A stretch of 64,000 bases of DNA from a virus (lineage: Duplodnaviria > Caudoviricetes), in IMG/VR virus record IMGVR_UViG_3300024507_000173, positions 32,001 through 96,000 of that record, one strand, 5' to 3'. Below the pieces are notes generated by a model, which did not search any database, was not told the DNA's origin, and saw only the letters and a program-made list of their open reading frames with translations. Positions 26,677-35,682 of this stretch are shown here, piece by piece (within the stretch, counting starts at the first letter, position 1; every line of letters starts with the position of its first letter). The translations under genes and the position numbers were made by a program.

Positions 26677-26718
26677 CATAAATATATACGTGGTTAATTA
26701 GGAAACACGTATATTATG
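26677..26718 (+). promoter_or_regulatory. Late promoter CATAAATA plus a hairpin enclosing the RBS
   Basis: CATAAATA 26677-26684; perfect 9-bp ATATACGTG(26684-26692)/CACGTATAT(26706-26714) around AGGA; ATG 26716. Confidence 0.65.
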
Positions 26719-27000
26719 AGTAGACCAAAACCGACTGTCTTATTAGAATACGCTAACAAGGAAACGTTCAAAATTGAACAAATACTTGATAGTGAAGCCA
26801 TCTGGGCTGTATTCTATAAAGGCCAGCCTTTTAATTTAAAGAGCGGAAGTTTGGTTGCTAGTTATCCAGGACCTAAATATAAAAAAGTATCATTTTCAAA
26901 TCCTGGTCACGCATATAACCTAGCAAAGAAATTAAACAAACTTTTTAAAACTTCAGACTTCGCAGTTTATAAACTTACCACCGGTGAAGAGGTAAAATAA
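26716..27000 (+). CDS. Small basic hypothetical protein
   Basis: MSRPKP...GPKYKKVSFSNPGHAYNLAKKLN. Confidence 0.7.
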   Translation: MSRPKPTVLLEYANKETFKIEQILDSEAIWAVFYKGQPFNLKSGSLVASYPGPKYKKVSFSNPGHAYNLAKKLNKLFKTSDFAVYKLTTGEEVK

Positions 27001-27001
27001 T

Positions 27002-27403
27002 ATGGATACTAAGGATACCTATACACGGGTATTCTTGGAGGCGGCAGGATTAGCAACTGATCCAGATACTATCAAAAAGTATAAGGCCGTTTGGTGGTGG
27101 AACATTCGTTCAAAAAATTCTGGCGGTTTAAGATTGACTGAGCAGGCTTTGAATTTTATTGAAGAGTATGCTAAAATAAAAACATACAAAATAGACTTTC
27201 CTCAAGAATTTGCTTTCACACCGCAGGTTCTTATTTGGTTAGATAATTTTATAGATTCTCCATTTTTTATCAACAAAAAACACATTATTGTAATGAAAGA
27301 AAAATCTGCTTTTGAGCTATATCTATTTTCCGGAGACATTCGAAAAATGGGTCATAACAAGGCCCTGTCAAAAAGACTTAGCCAAGAATCAGTGTCAGAA
27401 TAA
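27002..27403 (+). CDS. Hypothetical protein
   Basis: GAGG SD; WWWNIR...GGLRLT. Confidence 0.7.
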   Translation: MDTKDTYTRVFLEAAGLATDPDTIKKYKAVWWWNIRSKNSGGLRLTEQALNFIEEYAKIKTYKIDFPQEFAFTPQVLIWLDNFIDSPFFINKKHIIVMKEKSAFELYLFSGDIRKMGHNKALSKRLSQESVSE

Positions 27404-27411
27404 CTCACACT

Positions 27412-27419
27412 TATAAATA
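27412..27419 (+). promoter_or_regulatory. T4 late promoter consensus TATAAATA
   Basis: Exact match in a short intergenic gap; ATG 27428 follows after 8 nt with no SD. Confidence 0.65.
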
Positions 27420-27427
27420 TTTTCACG

Positions 27428-27697
27428 ATGTTTGATCTTAATCCTATTGACGTTTTAAAACAAAGAAAAGTACATATTGTGCCGCCGCATTTTAAAAAAA
27501 TCAGTGTTACAGAAAATGAACTTTTTAGTGGATTGGAAGACTGGGTCAAAACAAAATTGAAGGGTAGATATTTTATCAATAAACAACCAGGAATTGATAA
27601 AAACGGTTCTTTACGATCTACTTTTTATATCGGATTTGAAGATCAAAAAGAATTAACTTATTTTATTCTAGCGTGTCCAATGTTAAGGAGAAACTAA
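27428..27697 (+). CDS. Hypothetical protein
   Basis: 89 aa ending YIGFEDQKELTYFILACP. Confidence 0.65.
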   Translation: MFDLNPIDVLKQRKVHIVPPHFKKISVTENELFSGLEDWVKTKLKGRYFINKQPGIDKNGSLRSTFYIGFEDQKELTYFILACPMLRRN

Positions 27698-27927
27698 TGA
27701 CAGACGAAGTTCAAAAACAAGAAGCACCAGCTGCTCCAGAGGCAGCGCCAGTGCAACAGCCAGCACAAGGTCCCGATTTAAATATCAGCGATCTAGCTGC
27801 GTTAAAAAATATTATCGAAGTTGCAACAACAAGAGGAGCGTTCAAAGCAGCAGAATTAGAAGCAGTTGGTAAGGTGTTTAACAAACTGAATGCTTTCTTA
27901 GAAGCTGTGTCTAAAAAGGAGGCTTAA
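27697..27927 (+). CDS. Small hypothetical protein
   Basis: AAGGAG SD; P/A/Q-rich N-terminus, ATTRGAFKAAELEAVG. Confidence 0.7.
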   Translation: MTDEVQKQEAPAAPEAAPVQQPAQGPDLNISDLAALKNIIEVATTRGAFKAAELEAVGKVFNKLNAFLEAVSKKEA

Positions 27928-27929
27928 TC

Positions 27930-28583
27930 ATGGCAGGTCCATATAAACACGTTGGCAAAATGGCCAATACTGGTGCAAAGGTTCTTGTAGTATTTAGAAC
28001 ATTGCCCGGAGAAGCAAACACAGCATTAGTACTACCTGTGGCAAATTTACCCGACAGCTATCACGACGCTATTATGGAAGTTGTTGAAACTCCACAGGCA
28101 CAGGATGCTTTTGAATTTGGTGAAATTATGTTTATGCGTAGTTTTCCAGACGGTCGCCCAATGCTACAAGCAATGCAGGCAGATAACCGTTTACACAAGG
28201 TTGCTACAGATACAGTTGTTATGACTCCAACTCCAACAACAAGTATTGCGTTGTCTGAATTAAATGTTTTAATTGCTGAACAAAAGAATTGTTCAATCGA
28301 CGATTTGTATACATTCGTTTCGGGTGCTCCTAAGAAAACTGAAAAAACCGCAACTAAAACAGTACAAGAATCTGAGCCTATTGTAGATCCTGATATTCCT
28401 GCACCATTAAGAGCGCAGGCAAGCACCAACGAAGCACTAACTGATAAAGATATTGCTCGTTCTTATCGTAGTCAGGCAGATGCAATGTACAAAGAAGCAG
28501 CAAGATTAAGACGTGAAGCAGATTCACTAGATCCGCCTACTAAGAAAACCGTCAAGAAGGCAGAAGAATCAGCCGATGCCTAA
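27930..28583 (+). CDS. Hypothetical phage protein
   Basis: AGGAGG SD; KHVG...VVFRTLPGE, C-terminal helix YRSQADAMYKEAARLRREA. Confidence 0.7.
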   Translation: MAGPYKHVGKMANTGAKVLVVFRTLPGEANTALVLPVANLPDSYHDAIMEVVETPQAQDAFEFGEIMFMRSFPDGRPMLQAMQADNRLHKVATDTVVMTPTPTTSIALSELNVLIAEQKNCSIDDLYTFVSGAPKKTEKTATKTVQESEPIVDPDIPAPLRAQASTNEALTDKDIARSYRSQADAMYKEAARLRREADSLDPPTKKTVKKAEESADA

Positions 28584-28881
28584 TCCGTTGTTTAAGCCTC
28601 CACGCCACTTAATAAAAGAGTGGCCAGAGGTCTTTGAAGATCTCTATATGAATACTATGCCAGTCGCTTATCTAGAATTAATACATCTAGAATTTAGCGA
28701 TGGCAGAGTATGGGAGATTGACATTAAAACAGAATTAGTAAAACAAACTCCAGAATCAATTGCAGACACATTAATTAATACGCTGCAAGAATATAAAGAA
28801 GAAATTAAAAAAATAGATTTTAAAGTCGATATCGATAAATTAAAAAAAGATATCAAAGATTCAACTAACGGAATCTTTTAA
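28576..28881 (+). CDS. Hypothetical protein, last gene of the + strand arm
   Basis: 101 aa; overlaps the convergent gene by 21 bp. Confidence 0.65.
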   Translation: MPNPLFKPPRHLIKEWPEVFEDLYMNTMPVAYLELIHLEFSDGRVWEIDIKTELVKQTPESIADTLINTLQEYKEEIKKIDFKVDIDKLKKDIKDSTNGIF

Positions 28882-30441
28882 AACTTTTAAAATATTCTCA
28901 ACAAATCTATTGTGTACTATTTGAGTAGGATGTCCGCATCCGTGAATTTCGGTAGATTTATCATTTACAAAATCATAGAGATTTTTATCTGTAATAAAAG
29001 AAGGATGTGATAAACATTCTTGTTGCATTCTAGCAATATCTTTTTTGAAATACTCTTCAAAAGAAGCTTTAAAATGTTTATAACCTCCGTCGTTTATGCA
29101 AGGAACAATTAACAGTTTGTTGTTTAAATTTTTTTCTGATATTTGTATTAATCGAGACCAACATAGATAATAGAAATAAAACATATACATAGCATTTTTA
29201 AATTCTATTATAGGCGCTTGATAATCTTGAAGGTGTAAAGGAAATTGCTCTTTCATTTTTAATAATACCGCTTTTGATTTCTGTTTGCCAAAATATATAG
29301 AACGCTCAATAGAAGTCAATCCTACAAAGACTAAATCAGTATCAGATATTAGACCTTCTGAAATATCATGTTCAATTTGATACAAAATATTAGGAAGAGA
29401 ATTTGCTCCTTCAGATCTATTAGATAATTCTACCTGCAATTTATTTGCTAATATTGCAGGCCAAGCTAATAATTTTTGTTTTTCTATTAGTTTTTTTCTT
29501 AATAAAGGATCATAAGATTCTTTTATTTTAAACCAAGCTTCTATTCCTTTTTCTCTTTTAATTTTTTCTGCATCGGGATTTAATTGATAATCTAAAAATT
29601 CATCTCCGGCTGTATAACTACAACCATATGCAACAATTCTCGTTACTTTAGATTTTTCAAATTTAAAATTTGATCTATTTGTGCTTATATCTTTGTATTG
29701 TCTCCAATTTTTAAACATCATCGACAATTGATTTATTGATTTGTCTACATCATTAATTGTCATAAGAGGTCTTATTTTACATTGATATATATTTGACAAA
29801 CTATTAAATTCAATATTACAAAATTCAAACAATAATTCCCATATTTTTTCCGATCTCTCCCATTCTGAGTTAGAATACAGATTAAAAAAATTATTTAAAA
29901 ATTCATCTCCGCGTTGGCATATAGTATCTATTGCAGGCCTGTTTAAAGCTATAACGTGAGGAGTAATTAAATCTGAATGTCTATGTACCCAAACTTTTGG
30001 TTTATCTTGAGTTACATTTTTTAAAAATGCATTAATATCACCTTCAACTATTAAATCAGTTGTAATTGATATTACAACTTCGGATTTAGTTTTTTTTAAT
30101 CCTTGTATAAAAGAATATATATGCTGAATATAAAAAACTTTGTAATTATCTTCTTCACTGACCTTGTATGCAGACTTATACCATTCTACCAAATGACTCC
30201 TATTGTAGACATCGACAACAGTAGGTTTTAATTTGTTTTTTAAGTGGTCTAATGCAAATTCAAAAGTTTTATCTTCCTCTATCATATGAGTAGATTTTAA
30301 TGAAAGAGATGAATGCGAATCTTGCAGATAATCAAGTACGCTAAAAATATTATTGTGATTTACATCTTTAAAACATTCTGCTTGACGTTTAGCAGCTTCT
30401 GCAAACCTAACTTGACCAGAATATAATATTTCTAAACTCAT
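28861..30441 (-). CDS. Two-domain protein: GT-like N-terminus plus SGNH-like C-terminus
   Basis: LYSGQVR start resembles GT-like phage proteins; AYGCSYTAG, NRSEGANS, VGLTSIER and GHPTQIVH are SGNH-like; ATGA-coupled start at 30441. Confidence 0.6.
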   Translation of the reverse strand: MSLEILYSGQVRFAEAAKRQAECFKDVNHNNIFSVLDYLQDSHSSLSLKSTHMIEEDKTFEFALDHLKNKLKPTVVDVYNRSHLVEWYKSAYKVSEEDNYKVFYIQHIYSFIQGLKKTKSEVVISITTDLIVEGDINAFLKNVTQDKPKVWVHRHSDLITPHVIALNRPAIDTICQRGDEFLNNFFNLYSNSEWERSEKIWELLFEFCNIEFNSLSNIYQCKIRPLMTINDVDKSINQLSMMFKNWRQYKDISTNRSNFKFEKSKVTRIVAYGCSYTAGDEFLDYQLNPDAEKIKREKGIEAWFKIKESYDPLLRKKLIEKQKLLAWPAILANKLQVELSNRSEGANSLPNILYQIEHDISEGLISDTDLVFVGLTSIERSIYFGKQKSKAVLLKMKEQFPLHLQDYQAPIIEFKNAMYMFYFYYLCWSRLIQISEKNLNNKLLIVPCINDGGYKHFKASFEEYFKKDIARMQQECLSHPSFITDKNLYDFVNDKSTEIHGCGHPTQIVHNRFVENILKVLKDSVS

Positions 30442-31691
30442 ACAGTTTTTGCCCATCTTGGATTTTCTTTAATTATTTCGTGAGTAAAAATTCTATCAAT
30501 ACTGCTATGAACGCCACAGGTTTCAGAGCAATAAAGTAATTTTCCATCTTTAATAGTGTCCTTAGACCAACTATCTGCAAATACACGATCTAAATGTCCA
30601 CTTGATAAAATTTCTTCTAACGAATGAATATTTAGATCAAACTTATCCCATCCGTAATCATTCATATGTTTATGTAATTGCAATGTTGCTGCTTCTGAAT
30701 ATAATCCATTTAATCGAGTACCAATATAACAACAAGGCATTACTCGACCAAAATTATCAACAAATATTTCTTTTTTTCCATTTGTCCAAACTTTTGATTT
30801 GCAATTAATTTTGCACCCGTCATATTTTGTATTATCAGTTTTTAAAATTTTATCTTCGTAAACAGTTAACACTTGATTTTGAAAATCTTTACCGGTAGAT
30901 TTTGTTTCTTTTAATGATCGATAGTTATCTATTTTAAAAGGATAATATTTTATTGGAGATACACCTGTTGGATTTTCTAAATTTCTATTTTTTGGATCAA
31001 CAGGAGCTTCTATAGTATAATCAAGTTCTCCTTCTTTATTAAGAGCTACCAAATGTACTAGCTCTGTTCCGTTGTCAACGCCTAGTGCTTTTTTAGGAAC
31101 AAACTCTTTAAAACCCATCTTTTCAGAAAAACGTTTTGCTTCAATTATCTGATGTTCGTTGTGTTTAAAAATAAGGAAATCCCATATAGCAGGACCACCA
31201 GCATTAATAAACGATTCTGCATTTTCCATAAGAATTTTCCAATCAACATTTCGTCTATAAATGTGATTAGTATCTTCAAGACCGTCTATGCTAAATGTAA
31301 CTGACCAATAATTTGAACTGCTCCAAGGATGTTTAGAAAATAATTTTCCTAATTTTTCCCACCAGATAGATCTGCGCATTCCGCCATTTGTGTTGACTCT
31401 AACAGAAATATTAGGATTTACAGAATCTATATATTCACATATTTCGTACATATCTCTAGCAACACAAGGATCCCCGTGTACACCACAAAATAATATTAAA
31501 CTACAACGTTGAATAATTTCAGGAGGAAAATATTTTTTAAATTGTTCTAATGTTATTTGACCTATTTCTAGATCGGGCCGTGTCAAAGGACTATTATTAT
31601 AAAATCTTACGCACATAGGACAAGCAGCATTGCAAGCATTAGTCAATTCTATGTGCATCTGAGTTAGTTCATTAAAATTCCAAAAGTTCAT
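30438..31691 (-). CDS. Radical SAM protein with a C-terminal SPASM/Twitch-like domain
   Basis: CNAACPMC, NTNGG, FSIDG; C-terminal CKSK...FVDNFGRVMPCC...CSETC. Confidence 0.85.
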   Translation of the reverse strand: MNFWNFNELTQMHIELTNACNAACPMCVRFYNNSPLTRPDLEIGQITLEQFKKYFPPEIIQRCSLILFCGVHGDPCVARDMYEICEYIDSVNPNISVRVNTNGGMRRSIWWEKLGKLFSKHPWSSSNYWSVTFSIDGLEDTNHIYRRNVDWKILMENAESFINAGGPAIWDFLIFKHNEHQIIEAKRFSEKMGFKEFVPKKALGVDNGTELVHLVALNKEGELDYTIEAPVDPKNRNLENPTGVSPIKYYPFKIDNYRSLKETKSTGKDFQNQVLTVYEDKILKTDNTKYDGCKINCKSKVWTNGKKEIFVDNFGRVMPCCYIGTRLNGLYSEAATLQLHKHMNDYGWDKFDLNIHSLEEILSSGHLDRVFADSWSKDTIKDGKLLYCSETCGVHSSIDRIFTHEIIKENPRWAKTV

Positions 31692-31692
31692 A

Positions 31693-32925
31693 TTACATAC
31701 CTATTATTTTCGAATACTCAGGAAATACCTTTGAAAATTCTTGATTTCTGTACTGGTCATGTTTTTTTATTGTTGAAATAAATGTTTGCCAAACAGCATC
31801 TTTAAATTTACCGTTTTTAATAAATCCAATGATTCCAGGAATTTGATACCACGCACTTACGTATTCTTTTGGAATTTTTTCTAATCTAGATATTACTTCT
31901 TCTTTAACATTGTCTGGCATTTTACCAATATTAAAATGTTCTGGGCCGTGTACTAAATTTAGATAAACTCCTAGGTCAGGGTAAGATTTATAATATTCAT
32001 TTAAAATGTTAGGAAGGTAAAATATGTTAATAGAACTTAAGGTAATACACCAACTAATGGACATATTTTTGTATGTATCTTTATAAGATCTTGCCTGTTG
32101 CATATTAATACAAACTTCATTCCAATTGGCTGGAAATCTCATATATTCGAATTGTTCTCCAATTCCGTCAATACTAAAACTTAGATTAATATATTTAAAA
32201 TGCTGCCATAATTCTGTTTCTTTTGGCCAGGTGGTTCCATTTGTATTATAATGCAACTCTATATCTTTTGCATAACCCTTGTCGACACAAATACGTAATA
32301 TTTCCCACATCTTCTTGCTCAGGAACGGTTCGCCGCCATAAAAATCAAACTGTTTTATTGTTTCTAAATTATTAGCAAGGTCATCCCAAAATGGACTGTC
32401 TTCATCGTATTGTTGATGATATTTCTTCATCCCTTCGCTATATTCCTTATAAGACATTTTGCTACTATGATCTAAGTCATAGGCTTCTTTCATCCATAAA
32501 GAACTAATAGAAGGATGGCACGTTCTGCATTTAATGTTACAGGTGTTTCCTAGATTTAATTCAAATTTTGCCAGGCCAGTATAGGGAGTTCGATCGCGCC
32601 ATTCTATTTCGTGAAAGTATCGATCATTATCTCGTTGACGTTTGCTTTTTCTGCCGCCATCTTCTTCTTCCCAACAAAATTTACAAGCCGGATCGCGAAC
32701 GCCTTTATCTAGATTATTTCTAATTTTTTCAGCTATTTTATTGTTAAAATTTTCTTGGATAGATGTTTTACCAATCATTAATTTATTAGGAAAAAACATT
32801 AAATTTTGATAAGAATCTACAATCATACAGCACATTTTTGTACTGCCATCATTGTTGGCACTCATTGCGTGAAACGCATTTACACACCAAGAGTTTTTAT
32901 TTTTTTCAGTTATCATAGTTGTCAT
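31693..32925 (-). CDS. Radical SAM protein with an N-terminal Twitch-like Cys domain
   Basis: WCVNAF...DGSTKMCC...CKFCW, then CNIKCRTC, GGEP, NTNGT, FSIDG. Confidence 0.88.
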   Translation of the reverse strand: MTTMITEKNKNSWCVNAFHAMSANNDGSTKMCCMIVDSYQNLMFFPNKLMIGKTSIQENFNNKIAEKIRNNLDKGVRDPACKFCWEEEDGGRKSKRQRDNDRYFHEIEWRDRTPYTGLAKFELNLGNTCNIKCRTCHPSISSLWMKEAYDLDHSSKMSYKEYSEGMKKYHQQYDEDSPFWDDLANNLETIKQFDFYGGEPFLSKKMWEILRICVDKGYAKDIELHYNTNGTTWPKETELWQHFKYINLSFSIDGIGEQFEYMRFPANWNEVCINMQQARSYKDTYKNMSISWCITLSSINIFYLPNILNEYYKSYPDLGVYLNLVHGPEHFNIGKMPDNVKEEVISRLEKIPKEYVSAWYQIPGIIGFIKNGKFKDAVWQTFISTIKKHDQYRNQEFSKVFPEYSKIIGM

Positions 32926-34267
32926 AAATTGTTTTACAGTAATTGTAGAATTCTGTATATTCAGGAAATGTTTTTAATAAACTTGTTCCTAATCTTTTAT
33001 CGTTTTCTGTAAAAAATGAATAAAAATCTCTCTGACCTTGTTTTATTTTTTCAGGACTAACTGGGTTCTCTTTCATATAATCAGTTACCCTTAACATTTT
33101 TTCATACTCAACATCTGTGAACCATTGTTTATTATCTAAAATAAATTGTAATGTTTCTTCTTGATATTTAATAAACTCTGTTGGAAGTATGTTAATCATC
33201 CAGTGAGGAGGTTCTTTTAGGTACGGTGTATCAAAGGATACTGATTCAAATCCAAACTTTTCACGCCATTCAATTACCTTATGTAATAACTTTTGAAAAT
33301 TAGTCACACATAAAACATTATAGGTACACATTAAATTAACAGTTGCACCAGCTTTAATAACTTCAATCATATTGCGTTCCCAGTGGTCGCATTTTAACCC
33401 TGTGCGCATATATTCTGCTTGTTCGCCCCAACTATCAATACTAGTAAAAAAACTAAATTTACGAATTTTCTTTTGTTTAACTAAACTAGTAACTCGAGTA
33501 ATTAATCTATCAACTCTATCAAAGGTAACTCCTAAATTACTGTTTAGAGTAATTTCTAAATGGGGGGCTGGTTCATCTTCTAGCAAATCAAAAAATTTCA
33601 TTGCTCCTGGATTCATTAACGGTTCTCCGCCAGTAATACGAAGTGTATGAAGGTCTTTACGTAAACTAGGCCACCATTTCCAAAATGCTTCAATGTAGGG
33701 ATTTTCATCTTTAGGTCCATAGTATGTTCCGTGTTCTAAAAATTCAATTCCGTATTGATTATATGTTAGGTCGTAATTGCCGTGTTTTTTAATTTCTTCC
33801 ATCCACATTGTACTAGCTTGTGGACAGCAATATCCGCAACGATAGTTACAACCGTTACCAAAGCTGACCTCTAGATACCGCGGATTGATAGGAGCATCCC
33901 ACGGCAATTCTGCTAACGATTCTATCAATGGTTCTGAAAAATCACTAGAGCTATGTATCATTCGATCACTAATATGTTCGCCTGGTAGATCCTCTATGTT
34001 CCAACAATAGTAACATTCTTCCGGTCTTCCACCTTCTAACATTGTTTTTCTTTGTTGCATTTTCCATTTTGTATTATGTAATGCACTAGGATCAATTGCT
34101 ATTTCATCTAATGGTATATGGTGTGGACGTGGATGATAACAACTATGGTTATCGCCTGTGTGCAGATATAAAGTTTGGTGCAACCATTTCATTGCACAAA
34201 ACCCTTCACCTACTTTGTTTAATCTATCTCGAACATTTTTAATAAATGTCACTCTACTTTCTTGCAT
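32906..34267 (-). CDS. Radical SAM protein with an N-terminal Twitch-like Cys domain
   Basis: FCAMKW...HSCYHP...CYYCW, then CNYRCGYC, ITGGEP, TSIDSWG; start placed at MQESR. Confidence 0.88.
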   Translation of the reverse strand: MQESRVTFIKNVRDRLNKVGEGFCAMKWLHQTLYLHTGDNHSCYHPRPHHIPLDEIAIDPSALHNTKWKMQQRKTMLEGGRPEECYYCWNIEDLPGEHISDRMIHSSSDFSEPLIESLAELPWDAPINPRYLEVSFGNGCNYRCGYCCPQASTMWMEEIKKHGNYDLTYNQYGIEFLEHGTYYGPKDENPYIEAFWKWWPSLRKDLHTLRITGGEPLMNPGAMKFFDLLEDEPAPHLEITLNSNLGVTFDRVDRLITRVTSLVKQKKIRKFSFFTSIDSWGEQAEYMRTGLKCDHWERNMIEVIKAGATVNLMCTYNVLCVTNFQKLLHKVIEWREKFGFESVSFDTPYLKEPPHWMINILPTEFIKYQEETLQFILDNKQWFTDVEYEKMLRVTDYMKENPVSPEKIKQGQRDFYSFFTENDKRLGTSLLKTFPEYTEFYNYCKTIYDNYDN

Positions 34268-35682
34268 ATTGCCTCGCATTGTTTCCAAAAATTAGTTAGT
34301 TCTGGAAATGTATTTAAAAAATTTGTACCTCTTCGCTCGTCGTGCTGGCTAAAAAATAAATAAAAATTTTCTTTAGCTGTCTCTGTATTAAATCCTGTAT
34401 TCGATTTAATCCAATCAACTAATCGTTGAACTTTACTGATTTCAAAATCACTAAATCCTTTAAATTCATTCCAACGTGTTTCCGGATTGTATTTCATAAA
34501 GTCAATTGTTCGCTCTAATTCAGAAACTAGTTCAGGCATTAATTTAGGATTTAAAAAATCAGGATCCATTAATTGAGGAACATCAAACCAAATTAATTGA
34601 CGACCTTTATTAAATTGTTTTCTCAATTTAAGAATATTTTCAATGTAGTTATAAAATCCTGTATAACTTAACACATTAAAAGTAATAATAAATGTTAAAC
34701 TATGTTTTTCACTATTTTGCAAATAATCACATACGTTGTTATACAGTAAATTAAAATCCATCCCGTTGCGAATATATTCTGCTTGTTCTCCCCAAGAATC
34801 TAAAGAACAATATAACATAAAATGATCAATGGCGTTTGCATCAGTAATTTCTTTAAGACTTGTCATAAACTTTTTCCACTGATCGCCAGGTGGACAACAA
34901 TTACTAGTTATACTTAAATGTAAATCTTTTTTAGGATGTTCTTTAACGTAATCAAACATACGAAATGTGTTCTTGTCCATTAGCGGCTCGCCGCCAGTCA
35001 TACGGAAAGTATGTAGTGTTGGGTATATTTGAGGCAACCATTCCCAGAATGCTAACAAATAGGGATTATCAGGACCATTATCAATATTAAGACTTTTCAT
35101 CCAATTGATATCATTGTGCCATCTATCCTTTAAAATAAATGCTCCATTTGCTTGAACGTCTTTATGCCAGGCAGTAGATAGATGAGGACTGCAATAACTA
35201 CATTTAAAATTACAGGCTTGGTTAAAATTAACTTCGACATATCTTGGATTAGAATTACCCAAGTAGCCTATTAACTGTGCTTCATCAATTAAACCATCTT
35301 CCCACACATCCTTGCTACGGTAAGCACGATCACTTAACTGTGTTCCACTATCTTCAATTTGCCAACAAAATTCGCATTCGTTAGGACGAGTTCCCTCTAA
35401 CATTAACTTTCGTTGTTCTTTTTTATACTTTGTATTATGCAATGCACTAACATCAATACGTATTTCTTCTAATGGAACTTGATGTGCTCTAGGATGGTAA
35501 CAACTGTGTGTCTTACCTGTAGGAATATGTATACTAACATTATACCATTTAGCCAAACAAAAACTAGGACTTACTTCATTAAGTTTTTTTTGAACGTAGT
35601 CAGCGTCGGCAAAGTATCTAGATTCATACTTGCCATTTATTTCTTTCAACTCGTTGCCTTTTATATTACGGTTGTATTCCAC
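34249..35682 (-). CDS. Radical SAM protein, paralogue of the downstream gene
   Basis: FCLAKW...HSCYHP...CEFCW, then CNFKCSYC, MTGGEP, CSLDSWG. Confidence 0.88.
   Translation of the reverse strand: MEYNRNIKGNELKEINGKYESRYFADADYVQKKLNEVSPSFCLAKWYNVSIHIPTGKTHSCYHPRAHQVPLEEIRIDVSALHNTKYKKEQRKLMLEGTRPNECEFCWQIEDSGTQLSDRAYRSKDVWEDGLIDEAQLIGYLGNSNPRYVEVNFNQACNFKCSYCSPHLSTAWHKDVQANGAFILKDRWHNDINWMKSLNIDNGPDNPYLLAFWEWLPQIYPTLHTFRMTGGEPLMDKNTFRMFDYVKEHPKKDLHLSITSNCCPPGDQWKKFMTSLKEITDANAIDHFMLYCSLDSWGEQAEYIRNGMDFNLLYNNVCDYLQNSEKHSLTFIITFNVLSYTGFYNYIENILKLRKQFNKGRQLIWFDVPQLMDPDFLNPKLMPELVSELERTIDFMKYNPETRWNEFKGFSDFEISKVQRLVDWIKSNTGFNTETAKENFYLFFSQHDERRGTNFLNTFPELTNFWKQCEAICKKVE

Noticed and set aside
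28861-28881. 21-bp overlap of convergent genes with no terminator hairpin
   Set aside because: Short convergent overlaps at strand switches are common in compact phage genomes, and no further structure was seen.
30438-35682. RiPP cluster interpretation of the SPASM-like radical SAM array
   Set aside because: No precursor peptide, RRE/PqqD domain, protease or transporter is visible in or near the operon.
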